Source of the DNA: Candidatus Obscuribacterales bacterium | GTDB taxonomy: Bacteria; Cyanobacteriota; Vampirovibrionia; Obscuribacterales; Obscuribacteraceae | Assembly: GCA_965228855.1 (NCBI GenBank) | Contig: CBDDIJ010000003.1 | Location: 480,001 to 544,000 of the forward strand | DNA length: 64,000 bases | Direction: 5' to 3' | Shown: positions 1 to 8,399 of the stretch, one piece after another | Position numbering within the stretch: position 1 is the stretch's first letter | How the letters are laid out: each line of letters starts with the position of its first letter | The notes under the pieces: model-generated | Told to the model about the DNA's origin: nothing | The model's input: the letters and a program-made list of their open reading frames with translations, nothing else | Database searches by the model: none | Program-made: the position numbers and the translations under genes

Positions 1-66
1 AATTCTTCTTCCGATTTTTCTCCGACAATATTCGGTCCGGTAACTTTTAAAGACTGCGATTCGGAA

Positions 67-1683
67 ATGAAGCGCCAGGGGTTGGAACGTCTTCTCACCG
101 CAGTTTATAAACGTGAAGTTGGAATCAATCTGTTGCTCGTGGAAAACGGCGCATCACAGACGGTGCTCGATAGCTTGAAGCATCGAAACATTGCAAACGT
201 CGCCGATTCGATCATTGGTGACATTAAAGCAATGATTGGAGAAGCGGACGGGACTGAGCGACGCTGTCAGATTATGGAGCGCTACTATGGTCTCGATGGC
301 ATGAGACCGACGCGCCTTTCTGCTCTAGCAACTCGATTCAATATTTCCAGAGAACGGGTTCGACAGATTAAAGAGCGTTCCTTAATCTCTCTGCGCTATC
401 GGAAACGAGAAATAGAGCGCCTGATTGTGGAGCACTCCTCGCGATTGCTATCACGCCGCGCGGTTGGACTGCAAAGTACCGAATCGCTGGTCGGTGAATT
501 GGAACCTCGAAATCTATGCAGTCATGAGGCGCTCCTGATGATGCACGAGAGCACGGCACCCTGGACAATCGAACAATCTGCAATTTTAAACGCTGTCGAC
601 TCGTACAACCGAGCGCGCATTGTTGGTTGCGCCGGTAGTGGCAAAACAATTCTTGCATTGACGCTGGCTCGACGCTATGCCTGCGCCGGTGAGAGAACCG
701 TACTGACCTGTTTCAGTCGCGCACTGGCTGATTGGTTGAGTTCGCTGCTACAAGGGCAGGAAAACTTGGAAATAATGTCTTTTCATTCTCTGTGTTTTCG
801 CGTTGCTAAACAAGCCGGAATCAAAGTTCCGGGAGGGTGGAACAATCGTGTTTGGCTCGAAAAGTTTCCGGACACACTCTCCAAGGCAATCAAAGCAAAC
901 CCATCCTTGAAGTTTGACAATATCATTGTCGATGATGGTCAGGACTTTCGCGATAACTGGTGGCTTGCTCTGCAAAGCGCGATCAAACCGCGCGGTAGGC
1001 TATTATATTTTGTCGATGATAATAAGCTCTGCAACCCGATGCAGAATGAATTTCCCGACATCGATTTCGATTCTCATCTCTCGATAAACCTCAGAAGCCC
1101 GGCGATAATCTCGCAGCTGCTCCGTGTTTGCCACGCCTCCGAGCGACCCATGCGCTATGCTCGCAGTTTAAATGCACCGCTTGAATTTTACCGCTGTGAC
1201 ACAGACGACGAAGTTAAGTCTACTTTGAGTCATGTGTTCGTGGAGCTTGTGGAGAAAGGTCGCTATCAGGGATGTGATGTGGCAGTTCTGACCCCCCGAA
1301 TCGCTCGCTTCTCATCAGTGGCGAACCATAAGCTGCGGTGCGGAGCCAGGCTGGTTCGCAGTCATTCGGACATGCCTGCTAACACTTTGTTGTCTCGCTC
1401 TCATGCTTTCAAAGGCTTCGAACGCAAATGCATAGTTTTAGTCGACCTGGACAAGAAATTTGCAGTGATGAACGATGATGAAATTCGGATTTTTGTGTAT
1501 GAGACCTTCTCGCGGTTTACCGAGCGATTGATCATTCTTGGCGATGTCGAGGTCTGGAATCGTATAGTCTCTTTGAGCCCTCCAAATTCTGCTCGACATT
1601 ATGCCGAGGCGCGCGAGCGCTGGCTTGATAGAGCTGCCGACATCGTGCCTGCAGTCTGCGAGCCTGTTGCAGAATTTTCTTGA
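67..1683 (+). CDS. Sigma-70 region 4-like HTH fused to an SF1 (UvrD/DUF2075-like) helicase/ATPase
   Basis: RYYGLDG..TRLSALATRFNISRERVRQIKERSL is a sigma-70 region 4 signature. The C-terminal part has Walker A GCAGSGKT, Walker B-like IIVDDGQDF, NLRS, motif V-like HAFKGFE and motif VI-like YETFSR. Confidence 0.75.
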   Translation: MKRQGLERLLTAVYKREVGINLLLVENGASQTVLDSLKHRNIANVADSIIGDIKAMIGEADGTERRCQIMERYYGLDGMRPTRLSALATRFNISRERVRQIKERSLISLRYRKREIERLIVEHSSRLLSRRAVGLQSTESLVGELEPRNLCSHEALLMMHESTAPWTIEQSAILNAVDSYNRARIVGCAGSGKTILALTLARRYACAGERTVLTCFSRALADWLSSLLQGQENLEIMSFHSLCFRVAKQAGIKVPGGWNNRVWLEKFPDTLSKAIKANPSLKFDNIIVDDGQDFRDNWWLALQSAIKPRGRLLYFVDDNKLCNPMQNEFPDIDFDSHLSINLRSPAIISQLLRVCHASERPMRYARSLNAPLEFYRCDTDDEVKSTLSHVFVELVEKGRYQGCDVAVLTPRIARFSSVANHKLRCGARLVRSHSDMPANTLLSRSHAFKGFERKCIVLVDLDKKFAVMNDDEIRIFVYETFSRFTERLIILGDVEVWNRIVSLSPPNSARHYAEARERWLDRAADIVPAVCEPVAEFS

Positions 1684-1791
1684 CGGACATCATATTTAGT
1701 GGCATGCTGATGTAGCGAAAGTGCCACCATCCCCGGTTCCCTTTTGTCGGTCATTGTCGATTACTTGATGTAGAAAGCGGTAGACGTAAGC

Positions 1792-1884
1792 ATGGAATCT
1801 ATCACGGTTTTTACTGCGTTATTTTTGGTCGTGCTTGCACTGTGTGCCGGCTACAGCATCATTCGCGAACTGCTTGGACTTTAG
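1792..1884 (+). CDS. Putative 30-aa single-TM small protein (MESITVFTALFLVVLALCAGYSIIRELLGL)
   Basis: Translated by hand, ATG 1792 to TAG 1884. One hydrophobic helix; fills an otherwise empty intergenic gap; below the ORF-track length cutoff. Confidence 0.45.
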   Translation: MESITVFTALFLVVLALCAGYSIIRELLGL

Positions 1885-1899
1885 CGCTGCAAACTTTCG

Positions 1900-2724
1900 C
1901 TAGATGTTTTTGTACGCAAGTATCTCTTGCGCTTTGGTTCGATCACCGGTGCAATTGATCATGCGCGGCGCATCGAGAATATCGATTTTGAAGTTGTAAC
2001 TCTTGTACAGTTCGACAATTCGATCGGTGGCTTGATTAGATACGACTACCGGACCTCTGTGTGCAGCGAGCCAGCGAGCCAGTCTCAATTGATCGTTCCA
2101 ATCGAATCCTTCTTGCGAATACTGGGTGAATTCGACATCGTAGGGCGGATCGGCATATACGAAGTCTTTTGATGTGACATCGAGAAGCTCAAAATCGCCA
2201 AGTGCGAAATGCCAGTCTTGAAATATGTATCTGTAATCTCTGAAGTCGCGTTTGTAATTGATGTTTTTATACTTCCCGAAGGGAACGTTGAAGAAGCCCT
2301 TTTTGTTAAAACGGCAAAGACCGTTGAAACCGGTTCTATTCAAATAGTAAAAGAGCTCTGCAGCCATGCGGGAGTCTGCTCGCCCCTCTTCGATGAGACG
2401 GTTGAAGCTCTCGCGATGTCTGTAATAGGTAATTTCGTCGTTGCTCATTTCGAGCCCGATAATCATTCCACGCTTAAGCCAGGTATAGAAGTTGATGGCG
2501 TGAGGGTTGATGTCGTTGACCATCGCTTTGTCAGGCAATAAACCTAGCGTTACTGCAAGGCCACCGCAGAAAGGTTCTACCAATCTCTGGCGGCGGAACG
2601 AGTCGTACATTGGTTTCACATGCGATACCAGCCAGCGTTTACCGCCGGCCCACTTTAGAGGTGGTCTGATACCACGCTCGTTGGGGAGATATATCTCCGA
2701 GTGGCGAGGAACCGATTCGACCAA
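1900..2724 (-). CDS. dam: Dam-family (D12 class) N6-adenine DNA methyltransferase
   Basis: PPLKWAGGKR, VEPFCGG (motif I), NDIN, YLNRTGFNGL.R.NKKG.FNVPFG and catalytic YADPPY. Confidence 0.9.
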   Translation of the reverse strand: MVESVPRHSEIYLPNERGIRPPLKWAGGKRWLVSHVKPMYDSFRRQRLVEPFCGGLAVTLGLLPDKAMVNDINPHAINFYTWLKRGMIIGLEMSNDEITYYRHRESFNRLIEEGRADSRMAAELFYYLNRTGFNGLCRFNKKGFFNVPFGKYKNINYKRDFRDYRYIFQDWHFALGDFELLDVTSKDFVYADPPYDVEFTQYSQEGFDWNDQLRLARWLAAHRGPVVVSNQATDRIVELYKSYNFKIDILDAPRMINCTGDRTKAQEILAYKNI

Positions 2725-2993
2725 GTTGTTCCGATCCTTCCTGTGCGATCAAACCCGGGTGCGACAATCCGAGCTGTCGCACTATCATAATGCATCTATT
2801 ATATTCGTTTTATTTATCAGTGATATTTGATAGTAATATATTCGATAAGTATTTGGTCGAATTTTGTTAATCGCGAGACTGGTAGCGCGATTGCGAGTGT
2901 CGATGCTTCTGTGGGTTGAGCCCCGGAATCATCATTAAGCCGCATTATCAGGCTCCGAAGTTCGACGGCTGTTAGTAGAGCGCTGGAGTTACC

Positions 2994-5372
2994 TTAGCGT
3001 TCCGACCAGCTCGATACGATGTTTTCCAACAGCTTTTGCTGGCAATCGAGCGGTGTTGAATCTGGTGGCACGGGCAGCCGGACGTAGCTGCCGTCCGGTT
3101 GCATAAATCTGGCGCGCAATGAATCAGTCAGATAACAATCGAGAAGTTGTTCGCGAATGTAGCGATTCAAGCCCGGATCTTCTATCGGGAACAGCACTTC
3201 TACGCGGCGGTCCAGGTTGCGCGGCATCGTATCGGCGCTGCCTATGTAGATCTCCTCATTGCCTGAGTTGTGAAAGAAAAAGATGCGGCTGTGTTCAAGG
3301 AAGCGTCCGACGATGCTGACCACGCGAATGTTCTCGCTGATGCCTTGAATTCCGGGACGCAGGCAGCAGACTCCTCGGATAATCAGATCAACTTTTACAC
3401 CAGCCTGCGATGCTTCATACAGTAGCTGAATGATGCGTTCGTCAATGAGTGCGTTTGCTTTGAAAATTATGTGTCCGATCTTGCCATTCTTCTGGTGTTC
3501 GATTTCTCGGCGAATCAAACCTTCCAACCGTTCTCTCAAATTGATTGGTGCAACCAGCAATTTGCGATAGTCGGTTTTTGCTGAATAACCGGTCAAAAAA
3601 TTGAATAAATCGCTGACGTCCGAGCCGATATTCTCGTCCGTGGTGAGCAACCCGAGATCCGTATAGGCGTGCGCCGTCACCGAGTTGTAGTTACCTGTAC
3701 TCAGGTGTATGTAGCGTTTTATAGAATCGCCCGACTTTCTGACAATGAGCAAAACTTTGGCGTGAATCTTGAGACCGATAAGTCCATAGACCACGTGAAC
3801 ACCTGCACTTTCCAATGCTCTCGCCCATTCGATGTTGCTTTCTTCGTCAAATCTGGCTTTCAGTTCTACAACGACGGCAACCTGTTTTCCTTTTTCCATC
3901 GCTCGCAAAAGCGCCTGTACAACAGGAGAGTTGCGCCCGACACGATACAGTGTCATCTTGATTGCCAGCACATTCGGATCGTCCGCGGCTCTGTTGAGCA
4001 GGTTGACGATTGGTTGGAACGAATCATAGGGATGGTTGAGCAGAATGTCCCGGCGCGAAATCGCTGTAAACTCGTCCTCGTCGTGAGAGTCCTGGTTTAA
4101 AACTTTTGCTACATGCGGCACGAATTGCGGATATTTCAATTCTGGCCGATCGAGTGAGCCGATGTGTTTTAAGCTCGAGAGTGGAAAGTGACCTTCCACG
4201 AGGTAAACGTCACCGGGCTCGATTTGCAGGTTCGTCATCAAAATTTCAAGAACGTGCGCAGGCATAGCGCGATCGACCATCAGTCGAACCACGTCACCGA
4301 ACTTCCGCTGGCGAAGACCCTCTTCAGTGGTTTCAAGCAAGTCGCTCGCTTCCCATTCCTGAATTTCAACCTCCGCATCACGTGTGATGTGGAAAGGATG
4401 CGCCTCGATAATGGTCATGCCCGGAAAGAGCGCGTCGAGATTGGCTTGAATGACTTCGTCTATCCAGATGTATTGTTTGACCGGTCGACTTTGATTCGTC
4501 GAAGGTCTCGCCAGAGGAATCAGCTGCGTCAAGCTGTCCGGAATTTTCAACCTGGCGAAGCGGACGTCTTTGCTGGTTTTGCGCACAGAGACCGCGAAGT
4601 TCAAACTTAAATTCGAGATGTGCGGGAACGGATGCCCCGGATCAAATGCCATCGGCGTGAGCACGGGGAAGATTTTCTGCAGGAAGTACTGACGCATATC
4701 GTCGCGCTGTTCGCTGCTCAGCTCGTTATAATTGACGATCTTGATGCCACTTTCGTCGAGAGCCGGCATAAGTTTTTCTTGCAAACATTTTGTACTTTCA
4801 GCGATGAATCGATTGACCTCGGCTTCAACGGCCTCTAGCTGTTCCAGAGGGGTTAAGCCGTCCGGACCCGCTGTGAGACTGCCTGCTTCAACCTGTCTCT
4901 TCAACCCGGCAACGCGGACCATGAAAAATTCGTCCATGTTGGAGCCGCAAATCGATAGAAACTTGAAGCGCTCCAGTAGAGGATTTCGCTCGTCCTGGGC
5001 CTCCTCTAAGACGCGCCACTGAAATGCCAGAAGGCTGAGTTCTCTGTTGATATAAAGTCTTGGGTCGGCAAGTGACGACACATTCGAAATCGCAATCGGC
5101 TCGAATGTATGGGCTATCGAGGGATGCTTGTCGACGTCGGTAGGCTGTCCCTGTGCCGTATTTGCTTGAACTTGAGGCTGAGTTGGTTGGGCGGGCACCG
5201 CGGCCTGCTTCTGGTCCGGCTCTTGGTCCGGCTCAAAGTTGCTTTCTTGTGTCAGTTTGGAGTCGTGGACCATTCTATCCGCTTTTCCGTCGGGCATCGG
5301 CTCAGGTGCGTTCGACGAACCATTGATGTCAGTTTCGATTTCGATTGTCTGTTCTGTTCCCATTCTATCCAC
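2994..5372 (-). CDS. ppk1: Polyphosphate kinase 1 with a ~100-aa low-complexity N-terminal extension
   Basis: YINRELSLLAFQWRVL, NMDEFFMVRVAGL, HPFPHISNLSLN, HPYDSF, ELKARFDEE, KIHAK, STGNYN, GRFLEHSR and RNLDRRVE. Confidence 0.97.
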   Translation of the reverse strand: MDRMGTEQTIEIETDINGSSNAPEPMPDGKADRMVHDSKLTQESNFEPDQEPDQKQAAVPAQPTQPQVQANTAQGQPTDVDKHPSIAHTFEPIAISNVSSLADPRLYINRELSLLAFQWRVLEEAQDERNPLLERFKFLSICGSNMDEFFMVRVAGLKRQVEAGSLTAGPDGLTPLEQLEAVEAEVNRFIAESTKCLQEKLMPALDESGIKIVNYNELSSEQRDDMRQYFLQKIFPVLTPMAFDPGHPFPHISNLSLNFAVSVRKTSKDVRFARLKIPDSLTQLIPLARPSTNQSRPVKQYIWIDEVIQANLDALFPGMTIIEAHPFHITRDAEVEIQEWEASDLLETTEEGLRQRKFGDVVRLMVDRAMPAHVLEILMTNLQIEPGDVYLVEGHFPLSSLKHIGSLDRPELKYPQFVPHVAKVLNQDSHDEDEFTAISRRDILLNHPYDSFQPIVNLLNRAADDPNVLAIKMTLYRVGRNSPVVQALLRAMEKGKQVAVVVELKARFDEESNIEWARALESAGVHVVYGLIGLKIHAKVLLIVRKSGDSIKRYIHLSTGNYNSVTAHAYTDLGLLTTDENIGSDVSDLFNFLTGYSAKTDYRKLLVAPINLRERLEGLIRREIEHQKNGKIGHIIFKANALIDERIIQLLYEASQAGVKVDLIIRGVCCLRPGIQGISENIRVVSIVGRFLEHSRIFFFHNSGNEEIYIGSADTMPRNLDRRVEVLFPIEDPGLNRYIREQLLDCYLTDSLRARFMQPDGSYVRLPVPPDSTPLDCQQKLLENIVSSWSER

Positions 5373-5513
5373 TTTTGAGGTGAGCGGTCCGGCAAATAAT
5401 CTCTGGTGATGGCTTTGTCGAACTGTAGGTGATGGATCCGGGTTCCCTGGTTTAACGCTGACCGGCTTGACTAGCCGAATTACCTGCTATTGAGTTCGTT
5501 TATCGGTCGCAAA

Positions 5514-5969
5514 TTACTGACCGAGTGGGGCTTGATTGCCGCCATTAAGTCCGTTATTCATCATTTGCTGGACGCCCTGACGGAAGATGCCGCCCCACAT
5601 TCCACCTTTACCGGTATCACCTGTGGTGCCGGTGTTGTTATTGTTTTGCATTAATCCGCCTGTCGCCTGGTTCAACAACGTCGAGCCAATGCCTCCACCA
5701 CCAAGGCCTCCGCTGGATGTTCCAATCGGTGCCACGTTGAAGTTCAAAGAGCGAGGGTCCTGCGCCATCAAGCGTCCGGTGGAGTCTATTTCCACGTACA
5801 CGGCTTGACCGGTTCTCATGTTCGTGACCATGTATTGTCCGGCTGGCAAACTGCAATTGCCCATAGGGATAAGTCCGGCAGTCTGGCATATCGCCGGAGC
5901 GCAGAGGTAGAAAACAGCTGCCAATACTGCCAGGCAGAGGGATGAGAGCATCAGCTTACGGTTTTTCAT
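5514..5969 (-). CDS. Secreted Gly/Asn-rich hypothetical protein
   Basis: N-terminal signal peptide (MKNRKLMLSSLCLAVLAAVF..A), low-complexity C-terminus, AGGAG RBS upstream. Confidence 0.7.
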   Translation of the reverse strand: MKNRKLMLSSLCLAVLAAVFYLCAPAICQTAGLIPMGNCSLPAGQYMVTNMRTGQAVYVEIDSTGRLMAQDPRSLNFNVAPIGTSSGGLGGGGIGSTLLNQATGGLMQNNNNTGTTGDTGKGGMWGGIFRQGVQQMMNNGLNGGNQAPLGQ

Positions 5970-6115
5970 CGTGCAAATTCTCCTGGAGGTCTCGGCGACC
6001 CCGCACTGAATTGAGCCAGACCATCATTTTATGGCAGAAGGCGCTTTCTGTCCGGTTGTTGTGAGAGGTTGTTAACTCGAATGTGAGATGTTTAAAGCGT
6101 GGGCTCACCGGGCGC

Positions 6116-7057
6116 TCACTGGCGTTCAGTTTCTTGTGCGGGCGCAATCACCCCGGTTCGAATGTGGATGTCCCTCTGCGGGAAGGGAATTTCTATGCCT
6201 TCAGTCTTCAATCTTTCGAATATTTCATAATACAGATTGCTTTTCAGGACAAGAGGGCGACGAGTGAAGTCGCAAGTCCAGACCCACAAGTCGAATCGCA
6301 GGGCGCTGTCTCCAAAACCGCTGAAAATAAGCTCGGGTCTGGGATCTTTTAGCACGCCGTCATGCTTGCGTGCGACGTCCTCGATCAGCTCTTTCACTTG
6401 GCTGGGGTCGCTTTTATACGAAACCGTTACTGGTATCGTCAGACGGATGTTGGGCGAACTGTGACTCCAGTTGGTCACTTTCTTGGTGATGAACTGCGAG
6501 TTTGGAACTATGATTTCGATATTCTCATCGGTGAGAATCGTCGTCGCTCGAAAGGTTATGTTGGTGATATCACCTACGGTACCATCAACCTCAACACGGT
6601 CACCGATCTTCACAGGGCGCTCAGTAAAGAGGGTGACGCCGCTCACGACATTGGAAATCAGGCTCTGCAGACCTACAGTCAGACCCAGACCGATAGCACC
6701 CGCTATGATCGTCAGTGAGCTTAAGTCGACGCCTGCGCTTTGCAATATAACCAGGAAACCGATGCCGATCATCAAATAACGAACTACGGTACTGATACCA
6801 TGTGTGGTGCCAATGTCGAGATTGGTTCTCGTTTCCGCTTGCTTGATGATGAAGCGCTGCATCTTGCCGGTTAAAATCAACAACAGTATCGTCAGCACTG
6901 CCAGATACAGGATCGACCACCAGGTCAAGCCCGTATTACCGACTTTCATAACTGGTTGCGAGAGGAGATTGCTTATGCTGCCCAGGTATTCCAAACTTCC
7001 CCTCCTTCTCTCCGTTGTACCGGCTCTCGACTGTTTCTGGGAAACGGCGCTCGTCAA
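6116..7057 (-). CDS. mscS: Small-conductance mechanosensitive channel (MscS family)
   Basis: Three TM helices, GAIGLGLTVGLQSLISNVVSG, ERPVKIGDRVEV, IIVPNSQF, VTNWS and GIEIPFPQRD. Confidence 0.93.
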   Translation of the reverse strand: MTSAVSQKQSRAGTTERRRGSLEYLGSISNLLSQPVMKVGNTGLTWWSILYLAVLTILLLILTGKMQRFIIKQAETRTNLDIGTTHGISTVVRYLMIGIGFLVILQSAGVDLSSLTIIAGAIGLGLTVGLQSLISNVVSGVTLFTERPVKIGDRVEVDGTVGDITNITFRATTILTDENIEIIVPNSQFITKKVTNWSHSSPNIRLTIPVTVSYKSDPSQVKELIEDVARKHDGVLKDPRPELIFSGFGDSALRFDLWVWTCDFTRRPLVLKSNLYYEIFERLKTEGIEIPFPQRDIHIRTGVIAPAQETERQ

Positions 7058-7069
7058 TCCTTACAACAC

Positions 7070-8206
7070 TTAGAGCGTCGCCATTTCGATGTTGTCGAAA
7101 TTTCGACGATAGTATTTCATGTAATCGACTTTTCTTTCGAGTGCATCGATGACCGCATGACTGAAATTTACGCCTTCGAATTTCTGTGCGCTGCCCAGTC
7201 CTCCGGGGCTGAAGACGTTGATCTCCATAATTTTCTTTCCGACGATATCGAGTCGAACGAAGAACATTCCGTCCTGCACCAGCTTCGGTCGCACCATCTC
7301 TGCCAGTTCGAGCATGTCGTCGGTAACTTCCGTTTGCGTAACGTTTCCGGCTGCTTGATGCAGTCCGTTTCCGCCATCCTCTTCGATGTGCTCACGACGA
7401 AAGGCCGCGACCTTTCCTTTGTAGCGAAGAGGCTGACCATTCATCAAGAAGAGCCTGGTATCACCTTTTGCCGCTTCCGGCAAATACTCTTGAGCGATTA
7501 TATAACCCTCGTCGCATAGCGCATCGACGATCTGGTTCAGATTGGATAATTCGTTTTTCTTCACCAGAAAAACGCCTTGAGAACTCGATGCTTGCAACGA
7601 TTTCAATACGATGTTGCCGCCCTCTTCCTTGGCGAACTGCTTTACCGCGGCTTTGCTCCGCGTGATAATTGTTCGCGGGCGAACCTCTTCGGGGAAGAGT
7701 TGAAAGTACATTTTGTTCGTCGCCTTGGCCAGACCATTGGGATCGTTGAGCACGATTACGCCATGTCTCATGGCTACACGTCCGAAGTTGATGCCAACAT
7801 TTCTTGCCCAGGAGCGCGCCGCAATCTCCTGAGACGGATCGCTGCGAAGCAGCAGAATGTCCAGATCGTCGACGCAAATTTCTTCGGTCAGAGCCTTCTT
7901 GCTTTGTATGTCCGACAGATAGGAGGCTGCCGATTTGTAATTCTTTTTCGGCGCATGCTTAGCAATCGCTCGGATGCGATCGTCTTTGTCGTATTTGAAA
8001 CCGTCAGCGTTGATGATCCAGGCTTCGTGTCCGCGATTGATTGCGGTCATGGCGAGGCGGCTGTTTGTGAAGCCGACTTCTTGAGTCATGATGTCGTTGA
8101 CGAAGAGCGCAATTCTCACTGGCTCGCTCCCTCGTATAGCCGAGCGATCGGCGGAGTATGGATATGATTTAAACAGTTTCGCAGAAACCGCTTCAACCGA
8201 ACTCAT
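7070..8206 (-). CDS. Glutathione synthetase (GshB)-like ATP-grasp protein with atypical active-site loops
   Basis: LLLRSDP, VLNDPNGL, NKMY, IAQEYLP, KGDTR, LDIVG and EINVFSPGG match the GshB family. The Gly loop and RSN loop are altered (see findings). Confidence 0.75.
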   Translation of the reverse strand: MSSVEAVSAKLFKSYPYSADRSAIRGSEPVRIALFVNDIMTQEVGFTNSRLAMTAINRGHEAWIINADGFKYDKDDRIRAIAKHAPKKNYKSAASYLSDIQSKKALTEEICVDDLDILLLRSDPSQEIAARSWARNVGINFGRVAMRHGVIVLNDPNGLAKATNKMYFQLFPEEVRPRTIITRSKAAVKQFAKEEGGNIVLKSLQASSSQGVFLVKKNELSNLNQIVDALCDEGYIIAQEYLPEAAKGDTRLFLMNGQPLRYKGKVAAFRREHIEEDGGNGLHQAAGNVTQTEVTDDMLELAEMVRPKLVQDGMFFVRLDIVGKKIMEINVFSPGGLGSAQKFEGVNFSHAVIDALERKVDYMKYYRRNFDNIEMATL

Positions 8207-8399
8207 ATGTTATGCGGATATCGCCGGTTATTTCAATGTGATATCGAGTTTCGAACGAAAAACAATCGATCGAGACGTCAAAGCGGTCGACTGGTTTCGG
8301 TTTGTAAGTTGCCCCCTCATTGTTTACAATTGGCTTCTCTTCGAGATTACTACCGTTCTTCGTGGTTTCTAAGACCGTGGGAGAGCGGAAAGGTACTTA

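Noticed and set aside
67..2724. Helicase plus Dam methylase as a restriction-modification or BREX/DISARM-like system
   Set aside because: The genes are convergent rather than operonic, there is no nuclease domain, and no other defence genes are adjacent within the window.
5463..5477. CGGCTTGACTAGCCG hairpin resembling a Y-RNA 3' end
   Set aside because: Only a 5-bp stem with no matching 5' strand and no Ro60 gene nearby; most likely chance or a weak terminator.
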